Notes under the pieces: model-generated | What the model was told of the DNA's origin: nothing | Database searches by the model: none | What the model saw: only the letters and a program-made list of their open reading frames with translations | Shown: piece by piece, positions 1-15,400 of the stretch | Layout: every line of letters begins with the position of its first letter | Position numbering within the stretch: the first letter of the stretch is position 1 | Translations under genes and position numbers: made by a program | From: Macrostomum lignano | Taxonomy: Eukaryota | Direction: 5' to 3' | DNA length: 64,000 nt | Assembly (NCBI GenBank): GCA_002269645.1 | Contig: NIVC01002067.1 | Coordinates: 1-64,000, forward strand

Positions 1-168
1 GTCCTGTTTGTTTATTTATTATTCAATTAGGTAAAGTTCGTCTGCTTTGTATTGCTATTAAATTTGTTTCTCTAGACACTATGGGTACATTGTGTACTTT
101 TTTAAGAATACGTAATTTGAGTGTAAACAAGTCAGGCTTGATGTCTATCTACGCTCGTAGTAGGAATG

Positions 169-958
169 GCTATCAGGAGGGACTGTCAGGGGTATATAAA
201 TGTGTCAGGAGTAACTGTCAGGGGTTTATAAATGTGTCAGGAGTGACTGTCAGGGGTATATAAATGTATGTCAGGAGTGACTGTCAGGAGTATATAAATG
301 TGTCAGGAGTGACTGTCAGGAGTATATAAATGTATGTCAGGAGTGACTGTCAGGAGTATATAAATGTGTCAGGAGTGACTGTCAGGAGTATATAAATGTG
401 TCAGGAGTGACTGTCAGGAGTATATAAATGTGTCAGAAGTGACTGTCAGGAGTATATAAATATGTCAGGAGTGACTGTCAGGAGTATATAAATGTGTCAG
501 GAGTAACTGTCAGGAGTATATAAATGTGTTAGGAGTGACTGTCAGGAGTATATAAATGTGTCAGGAGTGACTGTCAGGAGTATATAAATATGTCAGGAGT
601 GACTGTCAGGAGTATATAAATGTGTTAGGAGTGACTGTAAGGAGTATATAAATGTATGTCAGGAGTGACTGTCAGGAGTATATAAATGTGTCAGGAGTGA
701 CTGTCATGAGTATATAAATGTATGTCAGGAGTAACTGTCAGAGTATATAAATGTATGTCAGGAGTAACTGTCAGGAGTATATAAATGTGTCAGGAGTGAC
801 TGTCAGGGGTATATAAATGTATGTCAGGAGTGACTGTCGGGAGTATATAAATGTATGTCAGGAGTGACTGTCAGGAGTATATATAATGTGTCACGAGTGA
901 CTGTCAGGGGTATATAAATGTATGTCAGGAGGGACTGTCAGGAGTATATAAATGTGTG
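169..958. repeat. 32/36-bp minisatellite (GTCAGGAGTGACTGTCAGGAGTATATAAATGT)
   Basis: Direct tandem copies, with a 4-bp GTAT insertion variant. Confidence 0.95.
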
Positions 959-1213
959 TCAAGGAGTGATTGATATCACTGAGTGATAGTTTGGGTAAAC
1001 GAAAATTTCCAACCATATTGGCATTCGCCATCTCTTTGGTACAAGCCATTGGATAAACACTAATGCGTGACACAGATAAAGTGTACAACTTTTGCTACAA
1101 TCATTTGATACAGAACTCTTATTGCTCCTATTGGAGCTTGGGCAAATATGTATTTTAACCTTGGAGTGGACTATGAAAAGCATTTGCGAATTATGCTGCC
1201 TAGCTGACACTAA

Positions 1214-1760
1214 TTTTTAGGTGACTAGCTATCCCAATCTATGTTTTAGGTGACTAGCTATCCCAATCTATGTTTTAGGTGACTAGCTATCCCAATCTAT
1301 GTTTTAGGTGACTAGCTATCCCAATCTATGTTTTAGGTGACTAGCTATCCCAATCTATTTTTTAGGTGACTAGCTATCCCAATCTATGTTTTAGGTGACT
1401 AGCTATCCCAATCTATGTTTTAGGTGACTAGCTATCCCAATCTATGTTTTAGGTGACTAGCTATCCAATCTATGTTTTAGGTGACTAGCTATCCCAATCT
1501 ATGTTTTAGGTGACTAGCTATCCCAATCTATGTTTTAGGTGACTAGCTATCCCAATCTATGTTTTAGGTGACTAGCCATCTCTATCTAGTTTTAGGTGAC
1601 TAGCCATCTCTATCTAGTTTTAGGTGACTAGCCATCTCTATCTAGTTTTAGGTGACTAGCCATCTCTATCTAGTTTTAGGTGACTAGCCATCTCTATCTT
1701 GCTTTAGGTGACTAGCCATCTCTATCTAGTTTTAGGTGACTAGCCATCTCTATCTAGTTT
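1214..1760. repeat. 29-bp minisatellite grading into a 28-bp variant (TTTTAGGTGACTAGC...)
   Basis: Tandem copies; the variant switches near 1575. Confidence 0.95.
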
Positions 1761-2922
1761 TAGATGACTAGCCATCTCGGCTTTATGTTTTGGTGAAGGT
1801 GAGGAATTCTAACAGCCATTTGTTAGCTTAAATTTTAGGTTAATCAGCTATGCTAAACCTAAATTTTAGTTTCACAAAACAATATCGTAATCCAGTTTTT
1901 TTAGGTGAGTAGTAGTCTTTATTAAAATCTAAGCTTCATATAATAAACAATTTTATAACAGCTTTTCCACTTTAGTTCGCAAAAAATCCGATAAAATAAA
2001 TTTGAACAGACGGGCCCTTCAGATCCAACTTCCTTCCTATTATTTCACTCCTTTCTTGCCACGTCGTATATCCTGCACAGAGAATTTTTTCAGAGATTCC
2101 TTGAAAATGCCCTCATCTCTCAATCAAGTTTTTCTTTTTCCCTCGGCGTCATCAAGCGAAGGCCGGGATTTCCTAATTTTCCCGCAGCCTCTACACTTTA
2201 TAATATATCTATAGATTCTATCGCTAGATAGAGGACGCGAGAGTGAGAGGAAGAGAGTTAAGCCGCCTGAGATCCCGTCCCGAAATTTGAAGGCCTATAG
2301 CTATCTATCTCTTCTAAAGTCGGCTCGGGTAATTTAATCACTAGGGCCGGTCGGTGGTGTCCCATCATTCCAGTGCAGTGTGCAGGCGACGTTCAATCAT
2401 CTTAGTACCGGTATATATCTAGTATAGTATATGTATAGTTTGATACGATATGCGCTCACAGTTGACTGACTTTTATTTTTGCTTTTTTAGAGATTTTACG
2501 ACATTTTATGCTACATTATCTACATATATATAGCGTGTATATATATATAATAGAAACTGCATAGACTTCCTCACACTAAAGGAGAATGATAGAAAAATCT
2601 AAGTTGAAGACATTATTATATAGGAAATCTCATTAATGAGAGGCCCGCAAAATTGAAGAAATCGGGAATAAACGAATGAGGGTGCCCGCCTGCAGTCTCT
2701 TTGAGGTTGAGAGAGTCGATTTGCGTTCGAATTCGTTTCCTAGATCCATCTCCGCCGCTTCTCAGGCTGGAGCGGCGAATCTATTTCTTCTTTTTTCTCT
2801 CTGTGCGAACCGCTTTAAGGATTGACTAATTCCATCAATTCGTATATTATAGAAGACTTCCTCAGCTTCTCAACCCACCGCGGGGCTGTACGTGTAATAA
2901 AAAGGATTTTTGTTTTGAAAGC

Positions 2923-2933
2923 TCTGTCTGTCT

Positions 2934-3023
<90 letters not shown>

Positions 3024-3109
3024 CTGTCTGTCCGTCCGTCCGTCCGTCTGTCTGTCTGTCTGTCTGTCCGTCCGTCTGTCTGTCTGTCTGTCTGTCCGTC
3101 CGTCCGTCC

Positions 3110-3196
<87 letters not shown>

Positions 3197-3197
3197 C

Positions 3198-3241
<44 letters not shown>

Positions 3242-3286
3242 GCCTGCCTGTCTGTCTGCCTGTCTGTCTGTCTGTCTGTCTGTCTA

Positions 3287-3380
<94 letters not shown>

Positions 3381-3381
3381 A

Positions 3382-3412
<31 letters not shown>

Positions 3413-3437
3413 AGTCTGTCTTAGTGTCTGTCTGTCA

Positions 3438-3480
<43 letters not shown>

Positions 3481-3481
3481 A

Positions 3482-3523
<42 letters not shown>

Positions 3524-3536
3524 GTGTCTGTCTTAG

Positions 3537-3568
<32 letters not shown>
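2923..3568. repeat. (TGTC)n/(CGTC)n microsatellite
   Basis: Visible tetranucleotide run. Confidence 0.97.
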
Positions 3569-3572
<4 letters not shown>

Positions 3573-4207
3573 GGTACAAGAAATCAAAATGCTTTATTGA
3601 TTTATACATCTTGGAATGCCTCGGTGCTATATCGACTTTCATACTGTCGCATCTTACTCATTCCACTTCAGTCCAACAAAATTTCAAGCATTAACTTGGC
3701 TTCACACTAAATTCTGTCCTGTCTGTCTGTCTGAGCCACTAAACTGCCCACAAAACTATTCAAGCAGGAAGAGTGTGCTTGAGTATGCACTGTACTCATA
3801 GCCTATTTGAATCCTGTTCACTGCAGATCCAATCTGCCCCACTGTACTCATATTTTAGCTACATTGCACGGTCAGCCTGACGAGTTCCCATTCAATTCCC
3901 ATTCACTCTCGTCTCTTTCCTCACCGTCTCTCCACTCAGCATGTAAGCTGTCAGGAGCCGACACAAGTTGCTGATTGCGACGCTTTTTTCTATGCGCGTG
4001 AGCCAACCATGAGTGGCGTGTTTTTATTGATGAGACGGTGTACTTTAATTGGCAAACAGACGTTTACATTATATTGGGAGTTGAATGGAGGGATTGACGT
4101 GACCTCTAAATATGTTTTTTTAGAGCTAATATACGAAGATATAATTTTTTGTGTACTTTAAGTTTTTGTCAAAGAAAATATTCTGTTATCTATACTTGGA
4201 ATGCCAA

Positions 4208-5237
4208 TACACTAAGCACATAATGTACCTGCAGTGACAACTGCCTGCAGTGACAGCTGCCTGCAGTGACAACTGCCTGCAGTGACAGCTGCCTGCAGTG
4301 ACAACTGCCTGCAGTGACAACTGCCTGCAGTGACAACTGCCTGCAGTGACAACTGCCTGCAGTGACAACTGCCTGCAGTGACAACTGCCTGCAGTGACAA
4401 CTGCCTGCAGTGACAACTGCCTGCAGTGACAACTGCCTGCAGTGACAACTGCCTGCAGTGACAACTGCCTGCAGTGACAACTGCCTGCAGTGACAACTGC
4501 CTGCAGTGACAACTGCCTGCAGTGACAACTGCCTGCAGTGACAACTGCCTGCAGTGACAACTGCCTGCAGTGACAACTGCCTGCAGTGACAACTGCCTGC
4601 AGTGACAACTGCCTGCAGTGACAACTGCCTGCAGTGACAACTGCCTGCAGTGACAACTGCCTGCAGTGACAACTGCCTGCAGTGACAACTGCCTGCAGTG
4701 ACAACTGCCTGCAGTGACAACTGCCTGCAGTGACAACTGCCTGCAGTGACAACTGCCTGCAGTGACAACTGCCTGCAGTGACAACTGCCTGCAGTGACAA
4801 CTGCCTGCAGTGACAACTGCCTGCAGTGACAACTGCCTGCAGTGACAACTGCCTGCAGTGACAACTGCCTGCAGTGACAACTGCCTGCAGTGACAGCTGC
4901 CTGCAGTGACAACTGCCTGCAGTGACAACTGCCTGCAGTGACAACTGCCTGCAGTGACAACTGCCTGCAGTGACAACTGCCTGCAGTGACAACTGCCTGC
5001 AGTGACAACTGCCTGCAGTGACAACTGCCTGCAGTGACAACTGCCTGCAGTGACAGCTGCCTGCAGTGACAAATGCCTGTATTTGACAGCTGCCTGTATT
5101 TGACAGCTGCCTGTATTTGACAGCTGCTTGTATTTGACAGCTGCCTGGTTTTGACAGCTGCCTGTATTTGACAGCTGCCTGCAGTGACAACTGCCTGTAT
5201 TTGACAGCTGCCTGTATTTGACAGCTGCCTGCAGTGA
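4208..5237. repeat. 16-bp minisatellite (CTGCCTGCAGTGACAA)
   Basis: Highly homogeneous; TATTTGACAG variants at the exon-proximal edge. Confidence 0.97.
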
Positions 5238-5295
5238 TCAGTTTTAGCAATTACAGCTCCGTCCCCCACTCACATGTCCCTGACCCATTTCACAG

Positions 5296-6424
5296 CCCCG
5301 ACCTAATTGACTACAATGCCCTGTCGAAGTCGCAACCGCTGGCCAACTTGGAGAACGCATTTCGCGTCGCCGACCAGCGCCTCGGCCTGGCCCGCCTGCT
5401 CGATCCCGAGGACGTGTCCGTCGATCAACCGGACGAGCGTTCGATAATGACCTACGTTGTCACTTACTATCACTACTTCTCCAAGCTGAAAGACGAAACT
5501 GTGCAAGCGAAACGACTGAAAAAAGTGTTGAACGAAGCGCAAGAATCCGACTCGCTGATTGACCAGTACGAACGGTTGACCTCTGACCTGCTAGCCTGGA
5601 TTGAGCAGACCGTCGAGCTGCTCAACGACCGTCAGCTGGCGAACTCCGTGCCCGGCATCCAAGCTCAGCTGCAGTCTTTCTCCACTTACCGCACCGTTGA
5701 GAAACCGGCCAAGTTCACGGAGAAAGGCAATTTAGAAATCCAACTATTCACTATACAGCAGAAGATGCGGGCCAACAATCAGCGACCGTATTTTCCTCAG
5801 GAAGAGAAAATGATTTCGGAAATTAATAAAGCCTGGGAAAAACTGGAGAAGGCCGAGCACGCCAGAGAGATTGCGCTTAGAGACGAGCTGATCAGACAGG
5901 AGAAGCTGGAACAGCTGGCTCAGAGGTTTCAGCGCAAGGCCGGCATGCGGGAGACTTGGCTCTCCGAGAACCAGCGCCTTGTAGCTCATGATAATTTCGG
6001 TCAAGACCTGCCAGCAGTTGAAGCTGCCACTAAAAAGCACGAAGCAATCGAAACGGATATCTTCGCCTATGAGGAGCGAGTCAGCGCCGTGGTTCGAGTC
6101 GCGTCCGAGTTACAATCGGAGAACTATCACGACACGGAGGCTGTACTGGCTAGAAAGGACAATGTGCTCAATCTTTGGGAGCAGCTGCTCGACCTGCTCA
6201 GGGCCAGGCGAATGCGTCTTGACTTGACTCTGCAGGTGCAGAAAATCTATCAGGAGATTCTGTACGTTCTGGATAGGATTGAAGAACTGGACGGCCGATT
6301 GAGTTCGGAGGATTTTGGCCGCCATCTGATGGCAGTTGATGACCTGTTGGAGAAGCACGCGCTGCTTGAGAGCGACGTCCTGGTGCTGGGCGATCGGGTC
6401 GACTCTGTGTGCGCTTCTGCTCAG
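5296..6424 (+). CDS. SPTBN1: beta-spectrin exon (CH2 end and first spectrin repeats)
   Basis: cacag|C CCC GAC CTA ... GCT CAG|gtgtgt; ORF 5234..6433. Confidence 0.92.
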
Positions 6425-9400
6425 GTGTGTTGATTGCATCAGTATGCTAAACTCTTTGCGATTCCCTGCAGAAATTTCCCTACGAATTCTCTCTAGCAAT
6501 TGCCTCAATGCATTTGTCTTCGTCCGCCATTCCCAGGCACTCAAAATGGTTGAATTCCAATTTACCAAAGTATTTTTTTATGAAATCCCTCTCAACAATA
6601 ATTATTCTTCCTGAATTCCCCTTCCCGAATTCCCCACCACCAATTTTCCTTCCCGAATTTCCCTCTCCCGATTCTCCCTTCCGAATTTCCCTTCCCGATT
6701 CTCTTTCCCGAATTTCCCTTCCCGATTCTCTTTCCCGAATTTCCCTTCCCGATTCTCTTTCCCGAATTTCCCTTCCCGATTCTCTTTCCCGAATTTCCCT
6801 CTCCTGATTCTCTTTCCCGAATTTCCCTTCCCGAATTCCCCTCTCCCGACTCTCCTTCCCGGATTCCCCTCCCCAATTCTTCTTCCTGAATGCCTCTTTC
6901 TGAATTCCCCTCCCCAATTCTAGAATTCCCTTGAAAGAACTTCTTTTTCTCTACTCTCCTTCCTGAATTTCACTTCCCCCAAATTTTCCGCAAAGAGTTC
7001 ACCTTCAGTAATTCCCCTTCCAAGATTCTCGTTCTCGAGGCCTGCTACATTTGATTCCCCTTCACGAATTCTTATTCACATATTGCCTTTAACGAATACA
7101 CCCTCTCCGCCTCCATTCCCCGCAGGCATTCATCGACGGCGAGTTCCCCCCGGAAGTAGGCGACTATCGCCCAACCGAGCCTGGCGAAGTGGAGGAACGC
7201 GCCAGCATCCTTCGCGAAGCCTACGAGCAGCTTCGCCTGCGGGCGGCTCGCCGACACGACGGCCTGACTTCCAGCCGGCAGGTCTGGCGCCTCGTCTGGG
7301 AGCTGGAAGACGAGGAGCAGTGGATCCGCGAGAAGGAGCAGCTCATGTCCAGTCCCGACCTTGGCCACGACATCCCCTCAGCTCAGCGTCTGTTAGCGAA
7401 GCACCGTGCCACCGAGGACGAAATCTCGGCGCGTCGGAAACAGCTGCAGGACCAGCTGGCTCGCGGCGAGAATCTGGTTGCCAACGCCGGCCCACGAAGC
7501 GACCTGTTGAGCAGCCGGCTGGAACGGATCAGCTCGCTGTGGGACAACCTGGTCGACAGGGCCGCCGCTCGCAAGAGTCGCCTGTTAGAAGCGGTCGATT
7601 ATCAGCGTTTCCTAGGCGACTGCGACGACGCAGAGGCTTGGCTGACGGAGATGCACCGCCTGTGCGAAGACGAAGACTGCGGCTACAACGAAGCCACCGT
7701 CCAGTCGTTGCAGCGCAAGCACCTCGACGCCAGCCAGGAGATTGACAACTACGGTGAAGAGATCGCCGCCCTGCACACGCAAGCCGAAGCGTTGAACCCG
7801 GCTGATAGGGAATTGGAATCGACTAAACAGCGATTGGAAGCCATCGATGCTCGCTACGCTGAGCTGCTCCGACAAGCTGAACGACGTCGACAGCAGCTGG
7901 CCGACGCACTAGCGACTCATCGACTGTTTAGCGAGGCCGACCAGATTGAGGCTTGGATTAGAGAGAAACGACGCCTGCTAGTGTCCATGGTGCCGTCCGA
8001 GGAGATTGAGGAACTGGAGGTGAGCTGCTGTTCGGGTCTGTACATTGGTGTACTAATTGTGCACAGGTCTGTACATTGGTGTACTAATTGTGCACAGGTC
8101 TGTACATTGGTGTACTAATTGTGCACAGGTCTGTACATTGGTGTACTAATTGTGCACGGGTCTGTACATTGGTGTACTTATTGTGCACGGGTCTGTACAT
8201 TGGTGTACTTATTGTGCACGGGTCTGTACATTGGTGTACTTATTGTGCACGGGTCTGTACATTGGTGTACTTATTGTGCACGGGTCTGTACATTGGTGTA
8301 CTTATTGTGCACGGGTCTGTACATTGGTGTACTAATTGTGCATGGGTCTGTACATTGGTGTACTTATTGTGCATGGGTCTGTACATTGGTGTACTTATTG
8401 TGCACAGGTCTGTACATTGGTGTACTAATTGTGCACGGGTCTGTACATTGGTGTACTTATTGTGCACGGGTCTGTACATTGGTGTACTTATTGTGCACGG
8501 GTCTGTACATTGGTGTACTTATTGTGCACGGGTCTGTACATTGGTGTACTAATTGTGCATGGGTCTGTACATTGGTGTACTTATTGTGCATGGGTCTGTA
8601 CATTGGTGTACTTATTGTGCACGGGTCTGTACATTGGTGTACTAATTGTGCACGGGTCTGTACATTGGTGTACTTAATTGTGCACGGGTCTGTACATTGG
8701 TGTACTTATCGTACATGGGTCTGTACATTGGTGTACTTAATTGTGCATGGGTCTGTACACTGTGTACTTATTGTGCACGGGTCTGTACATTACTATGCAT
8801 TGGTGTACTTTGGTATCTCTCAGCTTCAACCAACTCACCCGCCCGGTTCATCAGGTTGTCAAGCACCGATTCGACGGATTCGAGATTGAGATGCAGAGCA
8901 ACGCTGTTCGAGTGGCGGAAGCCGACACCCTGGCTAATCGGCTACTCAAAGCTGAGCACCCCAGCGCCGAAGAGGTCCGCGAGCGTCAGGACCAACTCAA
9001 CGCCGAATGGAACGAACTGGCCGATTTGGTTGACCAACGCAAGGCAAAAATTAACAACGCCTACGATTATAACACGTACAAAATCGAATGCCGGGAGACT
9101 ACAAATTGGATCAAGGAGAAATGCCAACTAGTTGAGTCCACAGACGAACTCGGCAACGATCTGGGCGGCATCATGCAGCTGCAGAGACGGTTGCAGAATC
9201 TCAACTCCGACATGGCCGCTATTGAAGCCCGACTGCAGCATCTGGACGATCAGTGCGAAAAGCTTCAACGAGTGAAACCCGAAGAGGCGCAGGCCTTGGT
9301 GGAGAGTCGAGACGAACTGCGCGCTCTCTGGTCTGAGCTGAGCAACATGCGAATGGAGCGCAAGGAGAGGCTGGAAGAGTCTTCGGAGTTGCAAAAATTT

Positions 9401-12400
9401 CTGCAGGATTTGGATCATTTCCAGGTGCGTTTCTTGGGAAGATGCTTTTGTAGCGGAAACCTGCTGGAGGAGGGAAGCAGAGACTCCCTGAAGGAGGGAA
9501 GCAGAGACTCCCTGAAGGAGGGCAGCAGAGACTCACTGAAGGAGGGCAGCAGAGACTCACTGAAGGAGGGTAGCAGAGACCCTGAAGGAGGGTAGCGGAG
9601 ACACCGAAGGAGGGTAGCGGAGACACTGAAGGAGGGAAGCAGAGACTCACTGAAGGAGGGAAGCAGAGACTCACTGAAGGAGGGTAGCAGAGACTCACTG
9701 AAGAAGGGAAGCAGAGACTCACTGAAGAAGGGAAGCAGAGACTCACTCAAGGAGGGAAGCAGAGACTCACTGAAGAAGGGAAGCAGAGACTCACTGAAGA
9801 AGGGTAGCAGAGACTCACTGAAGGAGGGAAGCAGAGACTCACTGAAGGAGGGCAGCAGAGACTCACTGAAGGAGGGAAGCAGAGACTCACTGAAGAAGGG
9901 TAGCAGAGACTCACTAAAGGAGGATAGCAGAGACTCACTGAAGAAGGGTAGCAGAGACTCACTGAAGGAGGGTAGCAGAGACTCACTGAAGGAGGGTAGC
10001 AGAGACACTGAAGGAGGGTAGCGGAGACACTGAAGGAGGGTAGCAGAGACACTGAAGGAGGGTAGCGGAGACAATGAAGGAGGGTAGCGGAGATACTGAA
10101 GGAGGGTAGCAGAGACACTGAAGGAGGGTAGCGGAGACAATGAAGGAGGGTAGCGGAGATACTGAAGGAGGCTAGCGGAGATATCAGATCCCAGCAAATG
10201 CCGCACACTGAACTGCCTACCCCACCCGCAGGTGTGGCTGAGCAACACGCAGACCAGAGTAGCCACAGAGGACATGGCCAAAGATGTCAGCGAGGCGGAG
10301 AAGTTGCTAGTGAATCACCAGAGCCTCAAACAGGAGATCGAAGGCTACAACGAAGAGTTCGCCAGCTTGATGAGCTATGGCCGTCGTGTCACTGAAGGTC
10401 AAACAGACGCGCAGTACATGTTCCTCAGCCAGCGTCTGAACGCTCTGTCAGACGACTGGAACGCTCTGCACGAGATGTGGCAGATGAAGCACACGCAACT
10501 GTCGCAGAGCCTCAGCCTGCAGGTGTTCCTGCGCGACTCTGTCCAGTGCGACCTCGTACTCAGCTCGCAGGAAAATTTTCTTAGCAAAAGCGAAACGCCA
10601 ACCTCAGTTGAACAGGCCGAGTCTATGGTTAAACAGTGCGAGAACTTCATCACTTCCCTGCGGGCCAATGAGGAGAAGCTGGCTCTGGTTGACGAGAGCG
10701 GGCAGCAGTTGCTGGCTGAGGAGGAGCACTTTGCTAAGGAGAAGATTGCGCAGAAGGTGGGACTGCGAGATGCAACTGACGAGCTTTGATTCATTCGAAT
10801 AGCATTTTGGGATTCGAATAGCATTTTGGGATTCGAATAGCATTTTGGGATTCGAATAGCATTTTGGGATTCGAATAGCATTTTGGGATTCGAATAGCAT
10901 TTTGGGATTCGAATACCATTTTGGGATTCGAATACCATTTTGGGATTCGAATACCATTTTGGGATTCGAATACCATTTTGGGATTCGAATAGTCACTTAC
11001 TTAGGATTTGAATTGTAGCCAATTGGGATTGGAATAGTAGCTTAATGGGATTCGAATGGTAGCTTAGTGAGATTTGAATAATAGCTTAATGGGATTCGAA
11101 TAGTAGCTTTATGGGATTCGAATAATAGCCTAATGGGATTCAAATAGTAGCTACTGGAATTTGAATAGTAGCTAATTGGGATTCGAATCGTAGCTAATTG
11201 GGATTCGAATAGTAACTAATTGGGATTCCAATAGTAGCTTAATCGTGAGATTTGATTGATTTGATTTAATCTGTTTAACCAAAGTGAGATTTGAATAATA
11301 GCTTAATGGGATTCGAATAGTAGCTTTATGGGATTCGAATAATAGCCTAATGGGATTCAAATAGTAGCTACTGGAATTTGAATAGTAGCTAATTGGGATT
11401 CGAATCGTAGCTAATTGGGATTCGAATAGTAACTAATTGGGATTCCAATAGTAGCTTAATGGCATTCGAATAGTAGCTTAATTGCGATTCGAATAGTAGC
11501 TAATTGCGATTCGAATAGTAGCTAATTGCGATTCGAATAGTAGCTAATTGGGATTCGAATAGTAGCTAATTGCGATTCGAATAGTAGCTAATTGGGATTC
11601 GAATAGTAGCTAATTGGGATTCGAATAGTAGCTAATTGCGATTCGAATATAGTAGCTTAATGGGATTCGAATAGTAGCTATTCGGTATAAAAATCACAAC
11701 CAACCAATCCGCAGGTGGATTCGATTCAAGCTCGTCGCGAGGCCAACCTGGCCCGCGCCCAGGAGCGACTCGACCAGCTCCGAGGCCAGCTGGCGCTGCA
11801 GCATCTTCGACAGGACATCGACGACCTGGCCGAGTGGATCGAAGATCGCCGGCTCGTAGCCGACGACGAGAGCTTCCGCGATGCCAAGAACATCACCAGC
11901 CGCTACAATCGGCACAAAGCATTCGAACGAGAAATCGACGCTAATAAAGACCGGCTTGAGTCGGTCAGACGAGGCGCCGAGCAGCTGCTGGCCGAGCGGC
12001 CGAATTTCTCGGACACTGTCCGACCTCAGATCGATCAGCTAACGGCTCGTTGGGCCGATTTAGAAGAATCTGTTAAACAGAAAAGCGAAAAACTTCTCGA
12101 AGCTAATAGGGAAACCATTTTTAACAACACTGCTCAAGATGTTAACGTATGGATGGAGAAGCTCATGACCCAGATGGTGGTGGACGAAGAAGAGGTGGTC
12201 ACCCTCACGGACGTTGACATCTGGTTGCGCAGCATCGAAGATCAGGAGAAAGAGATGGAAGAGAAAGAGAAACAGCTGGTAGACATGAGCGAGCACAAGG
12301 AGAAGCTCAAAGAGCAGCACCCAGACAAAGAGGAAGTGTTTGAGAAGACTCACCTGTCGTTGCAGCAGACTTTTGTTAAGCTGCGAGATCCTCTGTCCAA

Positions 12401-15400
12401 GAAGAAAGACGAGCTGGTGCGCAGGAAGCGGATCCAGCAGCTGTTCCGCGATATCGAAGACGAGAAGATGTGGGCTGAGGAGAAACTGGCTCTGGCGTCG
12501 CTGCAGGATGTGAGACAGCTTTTGTCACTCCGGTCATGTCGGCACTCTTTCATCCTTTAGTTTGATCCTCACTTCTCTCCGATTAGGGGCACTCTTCTTG
12601 TCACTCTAATTAGCACTCTTCTTGTCACTCTAATTAGCACTCTTCTTATCACTCTAATTAGCACTCTTCTTGCCACTCCAATTAGCACTCTTCTTATCAC
12701 TCTAATTAGCACTCTTCTTATCACTCTAATTAGCACTCATATTGTCCCTCTGTTTTGGCACTCCTCTTGTCACTTTTATTGTCACTGTTTTTGGCACTCT
12801 TATTGTCGCTCTGTTCGATACTCCTCTAGTCCCTCACTCTAAGTATCACTCCAACTTTCACTCGGATTAGCACTCCTTGTGCCAAGTCTAGCAATTGTCA
12901 CTCTAACTGTCACTCTAGCCCCTCCGCCCCCAACTAATCATCACAGGCTGGTGCATCGCTGTTATCCGTCACTCAAATGCTACGCCGTCACAAAGTGCTA
13001 GCAGCCGAGGTTGAGAATCACCGACCCAGAGTTCGCGACACCGTGTCGAACGCCAACGATCTGATCGATCAGGGTGTGCCACAGTCAGAGCAATACCAGG
13101 CTGGCATTAGCGAGCTGCAGGACCGCTGGGAGCAGCTCAGCCAGGCTATGGAGGATCGGCGAGCCAGGCTGGAACGCAGCGAACTCGCTCAGCAATGGCT
13201 GGAGGATGCCAGAGAGGCTGAGACTTGGATGGGCGAGCAGGAGCTGTACCTCATGCCGGAGGAGACCCGCGCTAGGGACGAGCAGGCGGCTAATAATGCT
13301 ATGAAGAAGCACGAACAGGTGCGGTTTATTGCTACCTTTTCGCTTTAGAAATATACCTGTCAATCAGTGATCCTAGCTACCTCAATCAGATATCTGTCAA
13401 TCAGTTATCATGGCTATCTGTCAATCAGATATCATAGCTACCTGTCAATCAGTATTCTAGCTACCTGTCAATCAGTATCCTAGCTACCTGTCAATCAGTG
13501 ATCCTAGCTACCTGTCAATCAGTATCCTAGCTACCTGTCAATCAGTGATCCTAGCTACCTCAATCAGATATCTGTCAATCAGTTATCATGGCTATCTGTC
13601 AATCAGATATCATAGCTACCTGTCAATCAGTATTCTAGCTACCTGTCAATCAGTATCCTAGCTACCTGTCAATCAGTGATCCTAGCTACCTGTCAATCAG
13701 TATCCTAGCTACCTGTCAATCAGTGATCCTAGCTACCTCAATCAGATATCTGTCAATCAGTTATCATGGCTACCTGTCAATCAGATATCCTAGCTACCTG
13801 TCAATCAGCATCCTAGCTACCTGTCAATCAGTATCCTAGCTACCTGTCAATCAGTATCCTAACTACCTGTCAATCAGTGATCCTAGCTACCTCAATCAGA
13901 TATCTGTCAATCAGTTATCATGGCTACCTATCAATCAGATATCCTAGCTACCTGTCAATCAGCATCCTAGCTACCTGTCAATCAGTATCTTAGCTACCTG
14001 TCAATCAGTATCTTGACTACCTGTCAAATCAGTATCCTAGCTAGCTACCTGTCAATCAGTATCCTATCTACCTGTCAATCAGTATCCTAGCTACCTGTCA
14101 ATCAGTATCTTGACTACCTGTCAATCAGTATCCTATCTACCTGTCAATCAGTATCCTATCTACCTGTCAATCAGTATCCTATCTACCTGTCAATCAGTAT
14201 CCTATCTACCTGTCAATCAGTATCCTATCTACCTGTCAATCAGTATCTTAGCTACCTGTCAATCAGTATCTTCACTACCTGTCAATCAGTATCTTGACTA
14301 CCTGTCAAATCAGTATCCTAGCTAGCTACCTGTCAATCAGTATCCTATCTACCTGTCAATCAGTATCCTAGCTACCTGTCAATCAGTATCTTGACTACCT
14401 GTCAATCAGTATCCTATCTACCTGTCAATCAGTATCCTATCTACCTGTCAATCAGTATCCTATCTACCTGTCAATCAGTATCCTATCTACCTGTCAATCA
14501 GTATCCTATCTACCTGTCAATCAGTATCCTATCTACCTGTCAATCAGTATCCTAGCTTCTAGACATTTCAGAGTCTGACGACAGAGGCCACTCTTAGTTG
14601 CAGGAAATGTATAATCAAAGCTATAAACTACTGACTCCTTTCTGTTTGGTCTGCTTTTATTCCAAGAAAAGAGCAAGGCTTGTTGTACTTATGGAGTTAG
14701 TAACTTTCCCACGGTAAAGAACTGTTGGTCGGGCCATTTTCATTTTCGTTTCATTTTGTAAACCGGCTCTGGTTTGTTTGAATCAAACCAATAATTTCTT
14801 TTTTATTATTGACTTTACTCTAAAAAAGCAAGATTTTTCGAATATTTATTTACTTATTATCTACTCGCAGTAGGAACATCGGTATGTATCGCACAATTTG
14901 CAATGCAATACTCTAGTAGATAATCTAATTTTCAAAAAAAAAGATTTTTCTACAATCTCAACTGCATCGACAAACTGCGGTTCCGAAAAACATATTTCAT
15001 AATCTAGAATCTTTACTTCAGATCCTAAAATCCCAATTTAGACTTTAAAACCTTTTTTATCCTTTATACTCATTTCAGATCCCTAAATTCCCAATTTTGA
15101 TTAAAAATCCAAGTTTTAGACTTCAAAATCCCTATTTCAGATCCCCAAAACCCTCATTTCAGATCCCAAAAATCCCCATTTTAGACTCTACAATCCCATT
15201 TCAGATCCCAAAAATCCCCATTTCAGATTCCAAAAATACTAATTTTAGATCCCGAAAATCCCCATTTCAGATCCCAAAAGTCCCCATTTCAGATTCCAAA
15301 ACCTCATTTCAGATCCCAAATATCCCCATTTCAGATCCCAAATATCCCCATTTCAGATTTCAAACCCTTATTTCAGATCCCAAAACTCCCTATTTCAGAT

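Noticed and set aside
2160-2670. Possible foldback element (weak inverted similarity between about 2160-2192 and 2638-2670)
   Set aside because: The match is too short and degenerate, with no defined termini or TSD.
2822-5269. ORFs of 200-359 aa (VCLS..., TAGSCHCRQ...) and similar intronic ORFs at 8088-8889, 9219-10281 and 15097-16242
   Set aside because: Repeat translations.
1-5295. Upstream beta-spectrin exons (CH1 domain)
   Set aside because: I found no KKTFTKW, DLRDG or SWRDGLAFNALIH-like sequence; these exons must lie before the window.
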